Part shown: positions 1-9,695 of the stretch, in pieces
How positions within the stretch are numbered: position 1 is the stretch's first letter
How the letters are laid out: each line of letters begins with the position of its first letter
Origin: an uncultured Gemmatimonadales bacterium
Lineage (GTDB): Bacteria > Gemmatimonadota > Gemmatimonadetes > Longimicrobiales > RSA9
Length of the DNA stretch: 64,000 nucleotides
Direction: 5' to 3'
NCBI GenBank assembly: GCA_963708135.1
Contig: OY970192.1
Coordinates: 5,184,001 to 5,248,000, forward strand
Notes under the pieces: generated by a model
Database searches by the model: none
Told to the model about the DNA's origin: nothing
Seen by the model: the letters and a program-made list of their open reading frames with translations, nothing else
Program-made: the position numbers and the translations under genes

Positions 1-1
1 G

Positions 2-967
2 GTGGCGAAGGCCCGGCTGGATGCGGGCGGCGCGACCCGGATCGAGGTGCAGCAGGCGGAGGTGGCCCGGGGCAAGGCGCAGGTGACGCTGCTCCAGGCG
101 GAGAACACGCTGCGGGCGGAGCGGCTGCGCCTGGGGCAGCAGCTCGGCACGCCGCTGCCGGCCGATGTCGAGCTGGTGAGCACCTTCCCGGTGGTGGAGC
201 TGCCGTACACCGAGGCGCAGCTCCTGGAGCGGGCGCTCTCGCGCCACCCGGCGCTGCGTGCGGCGGAGGCGCGCCGGAGCGCCGCCGGCGCGGCGGCCGC
301 GGCGGCCAAGACCGCATACCTGCCGACCGTGCGGATGGGCGTTTCCTGGTACGGCAACACCCGGCAGGCGGCGGACGAGCAGTTCGTGCTGGCGCAGGCG
401 CGCTCGCGCGCGCTGGGAAGCATCGACCAGTGCGAGCTCATGAACCAGATCTCGGCGGGGCTCTCGACGCCCCTGCCGGACCGGCCCACGGACTGCAATC
501 AGTTCGCCCTCACGCCGGCCGACGAGGAGCAGATCGTGGCGGGCAACCGTCAGTTCCCGTTCCACTTCTCGACGCAGCCGCTGGTCGCCCAGCTGACGGT
601 CTCGCTGCCCGTCTTCGGTGGCCTCAGCCGCGAGCGGCAGATGGAGACGGCCCGGGCGGCGGAGCACGAGGCGGGCGAGCAGGTGCGGGCCGAGGAGCTC
701 CAGCTCCGCACCGACGTCGCCGCCGCGTACGGCACCCTCGAGACGGCGCGCCAGAGCGTCGCCATCCAGAAGACGAGCCGGGACGTCGCGGACGAGCAGC
801 TCAAGCTCGAGCGCCAGCGCTACGCCGTGGGCGGCTCGAGCTTCCTCCAGCTCCAGCAGGCGCAGACGGTCAAGGTCACCGCCGACCGGGATTACCTGGA
901 CGCGGTCTATGCCTACCATCAGGCGCTCGCGGACCTGGAGAATGCCGTGGGCGAGCGGTTGAGGTAG
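2..967 (+). CDS. TolC-family outer membrane efflux protein (5' truncated by window edge)
   Basis: OEP-like helical repeats (ERQRYAVGGSSFLQLQQAQ, YHQALADLENAVG, LSLPVFGG); lies upstream of adaptor and ABC genes. Confidence 0.85.
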   Translation: MAKARLDAGGATRIEVQQAEVARGKAQVTLLQAENTLRAERLRLGQQLGTPLPADVELVSTFPVVELPYTEAQLLERALSRHPALRAAEARRSAAGAAAAAAKTAYLPTVRMGVSWYGNTRQAADEQFVLAQARSRALGSIDQCELMNQISAGLSTPLPDRPTDCNQFALTPADEEQIVAGNRQFPFHFSTQPLVAQLTVSLPVFGGLSRERQMETARAAEHEAGEQVRAEELQLRTDVAAAYGTLETARQSVAIQKTSRDVADEQLKLERQRYAVGGSSFLQLQQAQTVKVTADRDYLDAVYAYHQALADLENAVGERLR

Positions 968-978
968 GATCGGAGAGC

Positions 979-1045
979 GGGGGAGTGGGGGAGTGGGGGA
1001 GTGGGGGAGTGGGGGAGTGGGGGAGTGGGGGAGTGGGGGAGTGGG
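979..1045 (+). repeat. (GGGGGAGT)x8 tandem octamer, head of a dispersed intergenic repeat element (about 979-1229)
   Basis: Eight perfect copies at 979-1042; inverted CTCCCACTCCCCC tail at about 1204-1229; internal ~35-bp duplication. Confidence 0.9.
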
Positions 1046-1240
1046 CGGCGTTCGTCGCGGCCGCGGGTGCGCGGGCCACGCCGGCTTCGCGGCGGCCGCG
1101 GGTGCGCGGGCCACGGCGGCTTCGCGGCGACCGCGGGTGCGCCGGCGCGCGCCGGGATCGGCGCCGCGCCCGGAAAACGCGCGCGCCGTGAGCCCGGCCG
1201 CATCTCCCACTCCCCCGCTCCCCCACTCTGGCCGTTCCTG

Positions 1241-1364
1241 TCCGGGCGCGGGAACCGGGATCCCGTCAGCGGACACCGGGGCGCGGGGGTGTGGCAGGGC
1301 GAGGGCTGAAAGGTGTTGTGGCGGAAAGAGTTACGGGCGGTCTATGGCTGGCACGTCGCTTTCA
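1241..1364 (+). promoter_or_regulatory. Putative sigma-54 promoter with upstream activator sites
   Basis: TGGCACGTCGCTTTCA at 1349-1364 (consensus TGGCACG-N4-TTGCW, one mismatch); two TCC-N7-GGA sites at 1241 and 1261; same layout recurs at 9496-9622. Confidence 0.55.
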
Positions 1365-1413
1365 TTGTCGTAAGTGACACTCCGACACGATCGAGACGGG
1401 ACGAAGAGGCACC

Positions 1414-2661
1414 ATGGTCGATATAGCGCGCGCACCGCGGAAGAAGCGCAAACCCTGGATCTACGGCGGCATCGGCGTCGCGCTGGTGGCGATCACGACG
1501 GTGGCGCTGGCGCGGCTGAAGCCGGCGGCGCCGACGGTTGATGCGGGCACGCTCTGGCGCGACACGGTGAAGCAGGGGACGATGCTGCGGGAGGTGCGCG
1601 GGCCGGGCACGCTCGTGCCGGAGCAGATCCGCTGGATCAGCGCGCTCACGCCGGGCCGGGTCGAGCAGATCCTGAAGCAGCCGGGGCAGCCGGTGGAGGC
1701 GAACACGGTGCTGCTGGAGCTGAGCAATCCGGACGTGCAGCTGCAGCTGCTGGATTCGGAGCGGCAGCTCTCGGCGGCGCAGGCGGACCTGGTGAACCTG
1801 CGCTCGTCGCTCGAGCAGGGGCGGCTGAACCAGGAAGGGACCGTGGCGACGGTGCAGACGCAGATGAACGATGCGCAGCGGACGCTCAAGGTGGACGAGC
1901 AGCTCGCGGCGCAGAAGCTGGTGTCGGACAACGACCTGAGCCATGCGCGGGAGAGCGCGGCCGAGCTCGAGCAGCGTTACCGGCTGGAGAAGCAGCGGCT
2001 GGAGGTGCAGACGGCGGCGATGAAGCAGCAGCTGGCGGTGCAGGAGAGTCAGATCAAGCGGCTGGAGGCGATCGTCCAGTTCCGGCGCAGCGAGATCGAG
2101 GGCATGAACATCCGGGCGGGCGGCGACGGCGTCCTGCAGGAGCTGCCGCTGCAGGTGGGCCAGTGGGTGACCTCGGGGACCACGCTGGCCAAGGTGGTGC
2201 AGCCGGGCAAGCTCAAGGCGGTGCTGCGGATCCCGGAGACGCAGGCGAAGGACGTGGTGCTCGGGCAGGAGGCGTCCATCGACACGCGAAACGGTCTGAT
2301 CCCCGGCCACGTAAGGAGGATCGACCCGGCGGCGCTGAACGGGACGGTGGGGGTGGACGTGTCGCTGGAAGGCGATCTGCCGAAGGGCGCACGGCCGGAC
2401 CTGAGCGTGGACGGCACGATCGAGATCGAGCGGCTGAAGAACGTGCTGTACGTGGGCCGGCCGGCGTACGGCCAGGCGGAGAGCACGGTGGGCCTGTTCA
2501 AGGTGACGAACGGTGGTGACGAGGCCGTGCGGGTGAACGTGAAGCTGGGCCGGGCGTCGGTGAACACGATCGAGGTGCTCGGCGGGCTGAACAAGGGTGA
2601 CGTCGTCATTCTGTCCGACATGTCGGCGTGGGATGCCGTGGACCGCGTGCGCCTGAAGTAG
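1414..2661 (+). CDS. Efflux periplasmic adaptor subunit (HlyD/MacA-like)
   Basis: N-terminal TM anchor, lipoyl-like halves (GRVEQILKQPGQPV; GVLQELPLQVGQWV), long coiled coil, GLNKGDVVI C-terminus. Confidence 0.92.
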   Translation: MVDIARAPRKKRKPWIYGGIGVALVAITTVALARLKPAAPTVDAGTLWRDTVKQGTMLREVRGPGTLVPEQIRWISALTPGRVEQILKQPGQPVEANTVLLELSNPDVQLQLLDSERQLSAAQADLVNLRSSLEQGRLNQEGTVATVQTQMNDAQRTLKVDEQLAAQKLVSDNDLSHARESAAELEQRYRLEKQRLEVQTAAMKQQLAVQESQIKRLEAIVQFRRSEIEGMNIRAGGDGVLQELPLQVGQWVTSGTTLAKVVQPGKLKAVLRIPETQAKDVVLGQEASIDTRNGLIPGHVRRIDPAALNGTVGVDVSLEGDLPKGARPDLSVDGTIEIERLKNVLYVGRPAYGQAESTVGLFKVTNGGDEAVRVNVKLGRASVNTIEVLGGLNKGDVVILSDMSAWDAVDRVRLK

Positions 2662-2691
2662 GCGGATCCCCAACACGATCAGGAGGCCTGA

Positions 2692-3441
2692 ATGGAGCAA
2701 GCGATGGAGCCCCTCATCCGGCTGGACGCGGTGAGCAAGATCTTCTTCACCGATGAGGTGGAGACGCACGCGCTGGCCAGCATCCACCTGGAGATCAACA
2801 ACGGCGAGTACATCGCCATCGCGGGCCCGTCGGGCTGCGGCAAGACGACGCTGCTCTCGATCCTGGGGCTGCTCGACTCGCCGACGGAGGGCGTCTACAC
2901 GCTGGACGGCAAGCCGGTCTCGGGGCTCTCCTCCTCCGACCGGGCGCGCATCCGCAACCGGGAGATCGGCTTCATCTTCCAGGCCTTCAACCTGATCGGC
3001 GACCTCACGGTGTACGAGAACGTCGAGCTGCCGCTCACCTATCGCGGCATGTCCTCCGGCGAGCGGAAGGAGCGTGTGCAGGCGGCCCTCGAGCGGGTGG
3101 GCATGTCGCACCGCATGAAGCACTATCCGTCCCAGCTCTCCGGCGGCCAGCAGCAGCGCGTGGCGGTGGCCCGCGCCATCGTCGGCAAGCCGCTCATCCT
3201 GCTCGCGGACGAGCCGACGGGGAACCTCGACTCGCGCAACGGCGAGGCCGTGATGGACCTCATGCGCGAGCTACACCGCGACGGCGCGACGATCTGCATG
3301 GTCACGCACGACCCCCGCTACGCGCGCTACGCCGACCGCACGCTCCACCTCTTCGACGGCCAGGTGGTGAAGGACGAGAAGAGCACAGACGCGCACGCGG
3401 TGGAGGAGCTCGAGGAGAGCGGGTTCGAGCTGGGCGACTAG
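2692..3441 (+). CDS. ABC transporter ATP-binding protein (MacB/LolD type)
   Basis: GPSGCGKT, LSGGQQQR, ILLADEPTGNLD, VTHD; AGGAGG RBS. Confidence 0.96.
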   Translation: MEQAMEPLIRLDAVSKIFFTDEVETHALASIHLEINNGEYIAIAGPSGCGKTTLLSILGLLDSPTEGVYTLDGKPVSGLSSSDRARIRNREIGFIFQAFNLIGDLTVYENVELPLTYRGMSSGERKERVQAALERVGMSHRMKHYPSQLSGGQQQRVAVARAIVGKPLILLADEPTGNLDSRNGEAVMDLMRELHRDGATICMVTHDPRYARYADRTLHLFDGQVVKDEKSTDAHAVEELEESGFELGD

Positions 3442-3454
3442 AGGCCGGCTCGCC

Positions 3455-5863
3455 ATGGACACACTGGTTCGGGACCTCCGCTACGCGCTGCGCGCGGTGC
3501 GGCGCAATCCGGGCTTCGCCGCGATCGCGGTGCTGACGCTCGCCCTCGGCATCGGCGCCAACAGCGCCATTTTCAGCGTTCTGGACGCCGTGCTCCTCCG
3601 CCCGCTACCGTACCACGAGGCGGACCGGCTGGTGACGATCGGATCGAACGTCGCGCAGGGCGGGCCCGTGGATGCGGCCATGGCGGTCTCGTATCCGGAC
3701 TATCAGGACATCGGGAAGCTCACCGATGCCGTCTCCGGCATCGCCGCGTATTCCAGCGACCGCTACAACCTCACCAACGTCGACGAGCCGCGTGAGGCGG
3801 AGGTGACGCGGACGACCGCGGATCTGTTCTCGGTGCTCGGCGTCTCGCCGGTCATCGGGCGCGCCTTCGGCCCGGGCGAGAGGCACGATCGCGTCGCGGT
3901 GATCTCCCATGCACTCTGGATCGCGAACTTCGGCGGCGACAGGAGCGCGCTTGGGCGCACCATCTCGCTCGACGACACCAGCTTCACCATCGTGGGCGTG
4001 ATGCCGGCGGGGTTCGCGTTCCCGGACGCGAGCACGGACGCCTGGATCCCGATCGGTTTCGCCCTGGCGGATCCCGCGTTGGCGGAGCTGCGCATGTACC
4101 GCGGGTTCTCGACGGTCGCGCGCCTCGCGCCGGACGCTTCGCTCGACAAGCTGCGCGCAGACCTCGATCTCCTTGCCAGACGGATCACGGTTTCGGGGCA
4201 GCAGACCTCGAAGTTCGGGAGCGGTGAGAAGCTCGTGGCGACTCTGCTACGCGATCAGATCGTGGGCGACGCGCGGCAGCCGCTCCTGATTCTCTTCGGC
4301 GCGGTGGCGCTGGTGCTGCTCATCGCCTGCGTCAACGCGGCGAACCTCCTCGTGGCCCGCGCGAACGCCCGCGAGAAGGAGTTCGCGGTGCGGCGCGCCA
4401 TCGGCGCCGGCCGCTGGACGATCGTGCGCCAGCTCCTGGTCGAGAGCGTCCTCCTCGCGCTGGGCGCCGCCGCGGTCGGGCTCGTGCTCGCGGCGGCGGG
4501 GCTCCAGCTCCTCGCCGCGCAGCTGCCGCACGGGTACGTGGTGGGCATCGATCGCACCGTGCTCGGCTTCACGCTTCTCCTCGCGGTGGCGACGGGTCTG
4601 GGCTTCGGCATCGTGCCCGCGCTGCGGGCCTCGGCTCCCGCGCTGGAGCAGTCGCTGCGCGACAGCGCGGGCGCCAGCGTGGGCCGTCAGCGGCGCCGCG
4701 CGCGCGACGTGCTCGTCGTCAGCGAGGTGGCGCTGGCGCTGGTGCTGCTCGTGGGCTCGGGGCTCCTCGTCCGCAGCTTCATCAGCGTGAACGCCGTCAA
4801 TGCCGGATTCGACCCGCAGGGGGTTCTCGCGGCGCGGATCCGTCTCACGCCCGCCAGGTACTCCACGGCGAGCCAGAAGCGCACGTTCTTCGACGATCTC
4901 GTCCAGCGGCTCCGGACCCAGCCGGGCGTCAGCGCGATCACCTTCGCCGACGGGCTGCCGCTCGCCGGCGTCCCCATGGTCGGGATGAATCCCCGGCCGA
5001 TCAGGCCCGACGACCCCGACCAGTTCCTCCAGATCGCCGCGGTGAGCGTAGGCCCTGACTTCTTCTCGACCATGCACATCCCCGTTCTGCAGGGGCGCGC
5101 GATCACCGCGGATGACCGCGAGGACTCGAAGCCGGTCTGCGTGGTGAGCCAGGCGCTCGCGCGCCGGCTCTGGCCGCACGAGAACCCGATCGGCCAGGGC
5201 GGGATGGGACGACGGGGCGACGCCACCGTCGTGGGCGTCGTGGGCGACGTGCGCAGCGAATCGCTCGAGCGCGAGGGGAGTCCCGCCGTCTACGTCCCGC
5301 TCGTGCAGTCGCGGAGCAGGAACTACGACGAGATGTGGGTCGTCGTGCGCTCGGCGCATCCGCTGCGCATCGTCCCCGAGGTGCGGCAGGCGGTACGCGC
5401 CGTTGACGCCGCCCAGCCGATCGCGGAGATCACGACCTACGATGCGCTCATTCAGCAGCGCTACGCGAGCCTCAGGCTCATCACGGCCCTCATCACGCTG
5501 TTCGCGGGGCTCGCGCTCGTGCTCGCCGTGATCGGGATCGCCGGTGTGACCGCGTACGCGGTCTCGCAGCGTACACGCGAGCTGGGAATTCGCATCGCGG
5601 TGGGCGCAAGCGCCAACGACGTGCTCGGCCTCCTGCTCGGCGAGACCGTGGTACTGGTCGGAATCGGCCTTGCGATCGGACTCAGCGCGGCGTTCGGCGT
5701 GACGCGCACGCTGCGCTCGCTGCTCTTTGGGGTGACGAGCACCGACCTCGTGACGTTCGGGGGTGCGGCCGTCGCGCTCGGAGTGGTAAGTTTGGTGGCC
5801 ACCTGGGTTCCGGCCCGCAGGGCGGCGCGGGTGGATCCAGTGGAGGCGCTGCGGAGTGAGTAG
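3455..5863 (+). CDS. ABC permease, ADOP (duplicated MacB-PCD/FtsX) family
   Basis: [30 protein letters not shown] start, [42 protein letters not shown] end. Confidence 0.93.
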   Translation: MDTLVRDLRYALRAVRRNPGFAAIAVLTLALGIGANSAIFSVLDAVLLRPLPYHEADRLVTIGSNVAQGGPVDAAMAVSYPDYQDIGKLTDAVSGIAAYSSDRYNLTNVDEPREAEVTRTTADLFSVLGVSPVIGRAFGPGERHDRVAVISHALWIANFGGDRSALGRTISLDDTSFTIVGVMPAGFAFPDASTDAWIPIGFALADPALAELRMYRGFSTVARLAPDASLDKLRADLDLLARRITVSGQQTSKFGSGEKLVATLLRDQIVGDARQPLLILFGAVALVLLIACVNAANLLVARANAREKEFAVRRAIGAGRWTIVRQLLVESVLLALGAAAVGLVLAAAGLQLLAAQLPHGYVVGIDRTVLGFTLLLAVATGLGFGIVPALRASAPALEQSLRDSAGASVGRQRRRARDVLVVSEVALALVLLVGSGLLVRSFISVNAVNAGFDPQGVLAARIRLTPARYSTASQKRTFFDDLVQRLRTQPGVSAITFADGLPLAGVPMVGMNPRPIRPDDPDQFLQIAAVSVGPDFFSTMHIPVLQGRAITADDREDSKPVCVVSQALARRLWPHENPIGQGGMGRRGDATVVGVVGDVRSESLEREGSPAVYVPLVQSRSRNYDEMWVVVRSAHPLRIVPEVRQAVRAVDAAQPIAEITTYDALIQQRYASLRLITALITLFAGLALVLAVIGIAGVTAYAVSQRTRELGIRIAVGASANDVLGLLLGETVVLVGIGLAIGLSAAFGVTRTLRSLLFGVTSTDLVTFGGAAVALGVVSLVATWVPARRAARVDPVEALRSE

Positions 5864-5944
5864 CGCCCGCTGGAGCACGCGGCCGCGATCGCGCTCTGGT
5901 GGTCGGGCGGACTTGACGAATGACGAGCGATTGAAGGAGCATCG

Positions 5945-6676
<732 letters not shown>

Positions 6677-6730
6677 TCGGCTCGGGATCGCTTACCGCGA
6701 CGCCATCCCGAACATCCCGAACCCGGTTTC

Positions 6731-7957
6731 CTATCCCCCATCCCCCAGCACCAGCTCCCGATAGCTTCGATACCCGCCTGCACGCATCCGCTCGAGGAAG
6801 CGCCGGATCGGCTGCACGAGCTGGGTGCTGGCGTGGCCGGGCACGGCGTCCGCCGGGCCGGCCCGGAAGGGGTGGAACCAGCTGCGGATGATGACGCTCG
6901 CCGGGGCGAGGGGCAGTGTTGCGACGTTCGCGGCGAAGCGGTCGAAGCTGCCCTCGCGCATCAGGTAGAACTCGACGTTGGACGTGTAGAAGGCGGACAC
7001 GGCCACGTGCTCGGCACGGGCCTCGTCGCCGATGGCGCGCAGGGCGTGCGGCCCGGCGAGGTCGCCGACGACGGGAATGATGCGGCCGCGCCCCTCCAGC
7101 TGCTTCACGAACCGGAAGTCCTCCTCGCCGACGAGGTAGCTCGCGCGGTGCCCGGCGCGGTCGCGCTCGAGCAGCAGCTGCCGGTACGTCGGGTCGTAGG
7201 AGCGCGGCGCCTGGCCGAGCGTGGAGAAGCGCAGCGCCGGGCCGGCGGCGATGAAGGTGTCGTGGAAGCGGTCGATGGTGGCGGTGTCCTCGGCGGACAG
7301 CGGCACGCCGAAGCGGCGGAGCGCCGCGTGGACGGCGGCGCGCGCGGCGGCGACGCGGCGGGGGTCGGGCGGCGTCGCGTCCACATAGTCGAGCAGGCGG
7401 ACCAGCCCCGCCTCGCCCGCCGGGACGCGGAAGGCGGGCCGCGGTCGGCCGAACATGAGCGAGAGGTAGTCGGCGCGGTCGCGCGAGAGCTCGAAGAGCG
7501 CCTTCAGCCACAGCTGCTCGAGGAGGTTGTCGCGGCGGATGTCGATGATGAAGGCCGCGCGCGGCCGGATGCGGGCAATGTAGGAGAAGTTCTGGTCCGG
7601 GCCGACCCCGATGTACGCGCCGCCGTGCACTCCGAGCGCGCGCAGGCGGTCGAGCGCCTGCAGGTAGGAGGCCTCGTTGGAGATGAGGTTGTCGGTGTCG
7701 AAGTAGCCGCCCGGCTCGGAAAGGCGCGCGACCAGCGCGGCGAAGCTCTCGTGCTGGGCGCTCGCGGCGTGCGGACCGGTGCCGAGGAGCGGCGCCGCGA
7801 CGCCGTCCCAGGCACGCGGAGGCCGCGGGTCCGCACCCGTGAGCGGGACCGCGGCCGCGACGAGCAGGACGAGCGAGAAGAGGTGGCGGCGGGCCGCGGC
7901 CGCGACAGGGCGGGCCGTGGCGGCGGGACAGGGGTGGCGCACCGGGGCGTCGCGCAC
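6731..7957 (-). CDS. Conserved hypothetical exported protein, possible SAM-methyltransferase-like fold; start uncertain
   Basis: Hydrophobic signal-like segment; globular-looking sequence with EPGGYFDTDNLISNE, YIGVGPDQNFSYIA, FYTSNVEFYL. Confidence 0.65.
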   Translation of the reverse strand: MRDAPVRHPCPAATARPVAAAARRHLFSLVLLVAAAVPLTGADPRPPRAWDGVAAPLLGTGPHAASAQHESFAALVARLSEPGGYFDTDNLISNEASYLQALDRLRALGVHGGAYIGVGPDQNFSYIARIRPRAAFIIDIRRDNLLEQLWLKALFELSRDRADYLSLMFGRPRPAFRVPAGEAGLVRLLDYVDATPPDPRRVAAARAAVHAALRRFGVPLSAEDTATIDRFHDTFIAAGPALRFSTLGQAPRSYDPTYRQLLLERDRAGHRASYLVGEEDFRFVKQLEGRGRIIPVVGDLAGPHALRAIGDEARAEHVAVSAFYTSNVEFYLMREGSFDRFAANVATLPLAPASVIIRSWFHPFRAGPADAVPGHASTQLVQPIRRFLERMRAGGYRSYRELVLGDGG

Positions 7958-7975
7958 GGGCGCTCGTGCTCCCCT

Positions 7976-9298
7976 CTATGCCCCGGCGGAGCCGGCGGCG
8001 AAGGAGGCCAGCCGGCGCAATGCCCGCGTCCGCTCGGCGTCGCCCATCTTCGCGCGGGCGACGGTCTCGCGCAGCCACTCCACCGTGTGGTCGTAGACGG
8101 GGCGGTCCACCGGGTAGGGGTGCCCGTCCTTGCCGCCGTGCGCGAAGCTGAAGCGCGCCGGATCCCGTACGCTGGCGGGCGTGCCGTGGACGAGCTCCGC
8201 GAGCAGGGCGAGCGCGCGCACGGACCGGGCGCCGATCCCGGGCACCGCCAGCACCGCCTCGAAGTCCGCGGGCGCCGCCTCGTACGTCCGCACCAGGATG
8301 CTCTCCAGCCGCTTCGGGTCCAGGTCCTCCCGGATGTCCACCGGATGCCGCGCCGGCATGCGCAGGCGGGCGGGCTCGCCGGCCTCCACCAGGAGTCGGG
8401 GCGGGCGCCGGGCAACCCCGCCGCCGTCCCCGGCATCAAAGAGCCCGAGCTGCGCGCCCGCGTCTCCGTTCGCTCGTGCTCCTGCGCCTGGGTTTGCGCC
8501 TGCGCCTGCGCTTACCCTTGCCCTTGCGCTTGCCCTTGCGCTTGCGCCTGCGCTTACCCTTGCGCTTGCGCTTGCCCTTGCGCTTGCGCCCCCCCCGATC
8601 TTGCGCGCCTCCCGCGCGACGCGCCCCGGCTCCTCGCGCGCGAGCTCGGCGATGGCCGCGCGGGCGCCGGCGGACTCGTGGGCGACGAGGTTGAGGATGG
8701 CGCCGTCGCGGGAATCGGAGGCGATGGCGGCGTGCGGCTCGTCGGTGAAGTCGCGGGCCTGCTCGCCGAGCCAGTGGTAGCGGCGGGCGGCGGCGTCGCC
8801 ATCGCGCATCCCCTGCTGGATGACGGCCCAGCGGCCGGCGGCGGTGTGCAGGAAGGTGTGGTGGTAGATGCCGAAGCCGTCCTGCACGGCCGCGCTGTCC
8901 ACCTTGGCAGTGATGCGGCTGGTGTAGGCGAGGCGGGCGGGGTCGAGGCCGAGGGCGGAGGCGTTGCGCTCGAGCTCGCCGGGCGTGTGGCGGGAGGCGC
9001 GTCCCTTCCCGCCGGTGACCCAGAGGCCGAGGTCGGTCTCGCGGCCGGCGAGCCCGGTCTTGAGCGCGCCGCAGACGACGGTGGTCACGCCGCTGGAGTG
9101 CCAGTCGAAGCCGAGCACGCAGCCGAAGGCCTGGAACCAGAACGGGTCGGAGAGGCGGCGCAGCACCTCGTCGGGGCCGTGCTCGAGGACGATCACCTCG
9201 ATCACGGCCGGGGCGAGGCGCGCCATGCGCTCGAACAGCCAGCGCGGCGCGCGACCGCCGTGCAGCGGCAGGTTGGCGATTCCGGTGCGGCGGGCCAT
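7976..9298 (-). CDS. DUF763 domain protein with in-frame low-complexity insertion
   Basis: LPLHGGRAPRWLF, LSDPFWFQAFGCVLGFDWHSSGVTT, FSFAHGGKDGHPYPVD. Confidence 0.9.
   Translation of the reverse strand: MARRTGIANLPLHGGRAPRWLFERMARLAPAVIEVIVLEHGPDEVLRRLSDPFWFQAFGCVLGFDWHSSGVTTVVCGALKTGLAGRETDLGLWVTGGKGRASRHTPGELERNASALGLDPARLAYTSRITAKVDSAAVQDGFGIYHHTFLHTAAGRWAVIQQGMRDGDAAARRYHWLGEQARDFTDEPHAAIASDSRDGAILNLVAHESAGARAAIAELAREEPGRVAREARKIGGGASARASASARVSAGASARASARARVSAGAGANPGAGARANGDAGAQLGLFDAGDGGGVARRPPRLLVEAGEPARLRMPARHPVDIREDLDPKRLESILVRTYEAAPADFEAVLAVPGIGARSVRALALLAELVHGTPASVRDPARFSFAHGGKDGHPYPVDRPVYDHTVEWLRETVARAKMGDAERTRALRRLASFAAGSAGA
8482..8589 (-). repeat. GCGCAA/GGGCAA hexamer array inside the DUF763 CDS
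   Basis: About 18 degenerate hexamer units encoding ASARASASARVSAG... Confidence 0.85.
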
Positions 9299-9370
9299 GG
9301 TGTTGTAAGGTACACCGGGTCGTGGCGGTTGTCTCGTGGGGCAGGGCGGGCGGTCTGCGCCTGCTGGCGG

Positions 9371-9430
9371 AGAGTGGGGGAGCGGGGGAGTGGGCGACGC
9401 TCGCGGCGGCCGGGGACTCGCGGGCTACCA
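9371..9430 (+). repeat. Dispersed GGGAGT-headed intergenic repeat copy
   Basis: AGAGTGGGGGAGCGGGGGAGTGGGCGACGCTCGCGGCGGCC resembles the copies near 1035 and 61497. Confidence 0.7.
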
Positions 9431-9495
9431 TGCTGCCGTGCGCGTCAGGCTCCATCGTCGGCGGTGCGCCGCTCCGGCGGCGGGGCGGCGCACTG

Positions 9496-9622
9496 CGCGG
9501 ACGTGGGATCGGGCGTCCCGGGGGTGGACAGGGCGAGCGCGCGGGAGCGGCGGCGGCATCGTCGCATGCGATGTGGCGACTTATGCTTACGGGCCGGACG
9601 GCGTGATGGAACGGGGCTTTCG
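9496..9622 (+). promoter_or_regulatory. Putative sigma-54 promoter with activator site
   Basis: TGGAACGGGGCTTTCG at 9607-9622; GTCC-N7-GGACA at 9515-9530; TGTGGCG..TTACGGG box also present at the 1349 promoter. Confidence 0.5.
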
Positions 9623-9695
9623 TTTGACGCGCGGCAGCGGCAGGACGTGGGCCGATGTCCGGGCGTGGCATCGATCACCGTAACCAAGAGGACAC

